This document shows positions 61,313-64,000 of a stretch of DNA of 64,000 nt, one piece after another (the first letter of the stretch is position 1; each line of letters starts with the position of its first letter). The notes under the pieces are model-generated. The model did not search any database. It had not been told where the DNA came from and saw only the letters and a program-made list of their open reading frames with translations. A program made the translations under genes and the position numbers. The stretch is from contig DASZGY010000023.1 in the NCBI GenBank assembly GCA_035938395.1, forward strand, positions 5,340-69,339. Reading direction: 5' to 3'. The DNA is from Acidimicrobiia bacterium. Its GTDB lineage: Bacteria > Actinomycetota > Acidimicrobiia > IMCC26256 > JACDBD01.

Positions 61313-63774
61313 GCGGTCTTCGGCTGCGGTTGCCATTGTGCTGCCGTCCTTGCATCGATGATCTCGAGTAGGCGTGTGGTCAGACTTTCGAACGACCAGG
61401 TGCGCGCATACTCGAGGGCGCGCTCGCCCAGACGGTGGCGAAGGTCGTCGTGTTCGAGCACTCGCAGGATCTCGGCTGCGAGCTCGCGCGGTGCCACTTC
61501 CGGCGTCAACAGCTGGACGGTGTCCGGCGGGAGCTCGCGGCACGACGCGATGTTCGTGATGACCGGAAGCCCGGCGCCGAGTGCGTCGTTGACGGCGGCC
61601 GAGCCGCCACCGTTGGCAGAGGCGCGGCGCAACTGGACGGCGCACCACGCCCCCTCGACTCGCCGCTGGTACTCGCCGTCGTCGATGTGTCCCGTAATCT
61701 CGACTGCGTTCCCGATGCCGAGTTGCTCGGCACGTGACGTGAGCCGCGCTCGGTGCTCGGGTCGGATCTCGCCGACGATTGCGAGCCGAGCCGGCCTTGA
61801 ACGGACGACGATCGCCATCGCCTCCAACAGGCACTCCGGCTCTTTCGCGTCGAGGTCCTGTCGCCCGAGGCTGACCACTGTCGGTGGTGCCGCGGGTGAC
61901 GGTCGGGGCGGAACAGGCTGCGGCACGGCCAATGGCAGCGTGTGCACCGGGGGAAGCAGCTCCGCTGGCCCGGCGTCGAGTTGGAGCAGCTCGCGTGCGC
62001 GCTCCGATGTCACGACGCACGTTCTCGCGTCGCGGGCGAGCTCCACGGTGAAGCGCGTCCCCGCGCGTCGGTACGGCTCGTAAGCGGCCCAGGTTCGATC
62101 GGTCTCGGACACGGTGACATCGGGACGGCGTGATCCGTAGCGATCGAGCACCTCCCGGAACAGTGAGCGTGCCTCGCGCGCGCCGCCGGGCTGTGCGAGG
62201 AACCGGTGCGCGTACGTGATGTACAGGCCGGTGAGGTCGACATCGTGGAACCAGGCGACACCCGGGAAGCGGCGTGCAAGCGACAGCGTGTCGTGATGAA
62301 ACCAGCTGTCGCCAATCGTGTAGATGATCGCGTCGTATCGGACGGGATCGATCCGGCGGCCCAGCGCCCGGGCCGGGAGCCAACGGGCGCGGGTGTCGCG
62401 TGGCCGTCGTGGGCCAACCATGTGAACGGGGGCCCGGGGCGCTTCGTGGCTGACGTCCTCGTGGACCCAGTCGCCAGAATCGACGTAGCAGTCGAGCTCG
62501 CAGTGCTCCGCGAGGTGATCGGCGACGTGAGCGTTGTAAGCGGCGATCCCAGTGCGAACGGGGGGGAACGGGCCGACCAGGGCGACGCGGCGTTGCGGGC
62601 GTGCCCGACGCCGGCGGGCCGGGACCGGGAGGTGCTCGTAGGCGGCGACCGTCCGCTCGGCGACGCGGGCCCAGGTGTGACGGGTGGCGGTGTCGCCCGC
62701 GACCTCGAGGAGTCTCGCGCGGAACGGCTCGTCCTTCACTCCGCGCTCCATGAGGGCAGCGAGATCCTCGGGATCGTTGGCATCGAAGCGCGCCGGCTGC
62801 CATGCCAGCACCTCTTGCAGGCCGGGCGCGTGCGCGACGACGGACGGCGCGCCACAACGTGCCGCCTCCACGACCGGCAGGCCGAATCCTTCGTACCGCG
62901 ACGGATCGACGAAGAGCTCGGTCTGTTGGTACAGCGCCCGGAGCACGAGGTCGGGGACGAAGCCGGTGAACACGACGTCGCGAGCGCCTAGGCCGTTCCG
63001 GTGCGCCCGATCGTTCCACTGGGCCTGACCTTCCGGCGGAAGGTTGCACGCGATAACCAGTTGCAGTCCGTCGCGCAGATCGCGTGGCAGCATCCCGAAT
63101 GCATCGATCAACAACTCGGTGTTCTTGCGTGGCTCCCACGCCGACACGGTGAGAACGTACGGGCGCTCGATGGCGGGAAGCTGCTCCCGCACCACCGCGT
63201 CGGGATCCTCTCCAGGACCCGCCGGACGGAAGTAGTCGGAGCAGCCCGCGCCGACGACGTGCACCCGCTCGGCCGGGACGCCGAGACGATCGACGACGTC
63301 GCTTCGGGTCTGCTCGGAGAGTGCGAGCAGGAGGTCCGCCCCTGCGAGTAGGCGGTTGCGGATGCGATAGAAGCGCTCGGCGCGTGAACCCGCGGCGACG
63401 AAGCCCATGACCTCGGGAATCAGGTCGTACACGGAAATCACGAGCGGCACCTCGTTGCGGGCGACGTTGAGCGGCAGCCACGGTGTGGCGAGGTCGCTCG
63501 GCTCGAACGGTGCAAGCAGGTGATACAGCGTCGGCCCTTCCTCGACCGCGGCCCGCAACGCGCCGGATGTGTTCCATGCCAACCGCGGTGACCGGGCCAG
63601 CTCCGGCGGGAGACGCGTCGGGTAGGGCAAACGGGGGTTGAGCGCAAGCGCCGCGACCGGGACATCCGCGTCGAGCAGGGCGCGGCTCAACTCGGCCGCG
63701 TACCGGGGAATGCCCCGTTCGGCGAACCGGCGATGCTGGATGATCTGGAGATCCAGATATGGTCGCCAGGTCAT
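61309..63774 (-). CDS. tandem two-module GT4-type glycosyltransferase (821 aa)
   Basis: ATG 63774. Module 1 carries SRYEGFGLPVVEAARCGAPSV (E-x7-E). Module 2 starts RRVALVGPFPPVRTGIAAY and carries ASANGGGSAAVNDALGAGLPVIT (N-x7-N) at the equivalent place. Confidence 0.8.
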   Translation of the reverse strand: MTWRPYLDLQIIQHRRFAERGIPRYAAELSRALLDADVPVAALALNPRLPYPTRLPPELARSPRLAWNTSGALRAAVEEGPTLYHLLAPFEPSDLATPWLPLNVARNEVPLVISVYDLIPEVMGFVAAGSRAERFYRIRNRLLAGADLLLALSEQTRSDVVDRLGVPAERVHVVGAGCSDYFRPAGPGEDPDAVVREQLPAIERPYVLTVSAWEPRKNTELLIDAFGMLPRDLRDGLQLVIACNLPPEGQAQWNDRAHRNGLGARDVVFTGFVPDLVLRALYQQTELFVDPSRYEGFGLPVVEAARCGAPSVVAHAPGLQEVLAWQPARFDANDPEDLAALMERGVKDEPFRARLLEVAGDTATRHTWARVAERTVAAYEHLPVPARRRRARPQRRVALVGPFPPVRTGIAAYNAHVADHLAEHCELDCYVDSGDWVHEDVSHEAPRAPVHMVGPRRPRDTRARWLPARALGRRIDPVRYDAIIYTIGDSWFHHDTLSLARRFPGVAWFHDVDLTGLYITYAHRFLAQPGGAREARSLFREVLDRYGSRRPDVTVSETDRTWAAYEPYRRAGTRFTVELARDARTCVVTSERARELLQLDAGPAELLPPVHTLPLAVPQPVPPRPSPAAPPTVVSLGRQDLDAKEPECLLEAMAIVVRSRPARLAIVGEIRPEHRARLTSRAEQLGIGNAVEITGHIDDGEYQRRVEGAWCAVQLRRASANGGGSAAVNDALGAGLPVITNIASCRELPPDTVQLLTPEVAPRELAAEILRVLEHDDLRHRLGERALEYARTWSFESLTTRLLEIIDARTAAQWQPQPKTA

Positions 63775-63788
63775 CGGCGTGTACGCGC

Positions 63789-64000
63789 TCAGGCGCGCGG
63801 TGTGGCCGTGATCAGCGCAATGCCCGAGTCGGGGGCGTCGCCGCGTCGGCGCCACGCTCCACCGGTATCCTGTTCGAAGTACGCGTCGCGTTCGACGTCC
63901 CAGTCGGCGACAAGCTGATCGAGTTGCTCGGCGCCGATCCCGTGGTCGGTGTCGAGGGGGATGGCGAGCACGAGCAGGCCCGTCGGTCGGAGCCATTTGG
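63789..64000 (-). CDS. C-terminal part of a probable class I SAM-dependent methyltransferase; the gene continues beyond the right edge
   Basis: Minus-strand translation ...WLRPTGLLVLAIPLDTDHG... resembles the post-motif-III LkPGGllvl segment. It stops 14 nt before the glycosyltransferase start. Confidence 0.5.
   Translation of the reverse strand, partial: KWLRPTGLLVLAIPLDTDHGIGAEQLDQLVADWDVERDAYFEQDTGGAWRRRGDAPDSGIALITATPRA

Overview
Very GC-rich, densely coding chromosomal segment of actinobacterial type. The markers are egtABCD, a UPF0182 protein, F420/luciferase-like oxidoreductases, a DUF2342-type metalloprotease, a Rieske-containing suf operon and many NTGA start/stop overlaps. I can support about 60 protein-coding genes. 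I recognised no rRNA, tRNA, CRISPR array, transposase or prophage. Gene order from left to right: a polyphosphate module (ppk, CYTH/CHAD, NUDIX); an MFS-like protein, an Eis-like GNAT and a HAD-phosphodiesterase fusion; a minus-strand operon of metalloprotease, NADP oxidoreductase and short 3-hydroxyacyl-CoA dehydrogenase; an epimerase; htrA plus a fused AhbA/B-like siroheme decarboxylase; moaE-mreB; a HEAT protein; a PDZ/Lon-like protease, DivIVA fusion and UPF0182 triad; sufB-sufD-Rieske-sufC; a 5.5 kb insert (two L,D-transpeptidases, LLM oxidoreductase, hydrolase, O-methyltransferase, thioredoxin-like protein); an inverted sufC-sufS-sufU operon; a methyltransferase; an LLM-KASIII-acyltransferase operon; egtABCD; an Opu-type betaine ABC transporter split around two head-to-head GT4 genes; msrA and an MBL hydrolase; an acyl-CoA dehydrogenase pair; SGNH hydrolase and lipoprotein genes; a gene-poor segment; and a five-gene operon rich in methyltransferases and glycosyltransferases. 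No single obviously new multi-gene system stands out. The signals most worth follow-up are: (1) a collinear AT-rich box, with a 14-nt exact core, shared by the promoter regions of the two separated suf operons, next to a helically phased GGAWT repeat array; (2) a near-identical 18-bp palindrome in front of two flavoenzyme operons with no regulator gene in view; (3) mreB has no canonical start codon upstream of its ATP-binding motif, and egtD has only a truncating TTG; (4) a Trp/Tyr-rich 24-codon upstream ORF with an ideal Shine-Dalgarno in front of egtA; (5) a DivIVA protein with a PE-repeat linker and a phage Mu F-like C-terminus; (6) an Opu-type transporter next to egt, split between divergent operons; (7) a tandem glycosyltransferase whose second module carries N-x7-N in place of E-x7-E. 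All family assignments come from reading the translated ORFs by eye. No database search was run.
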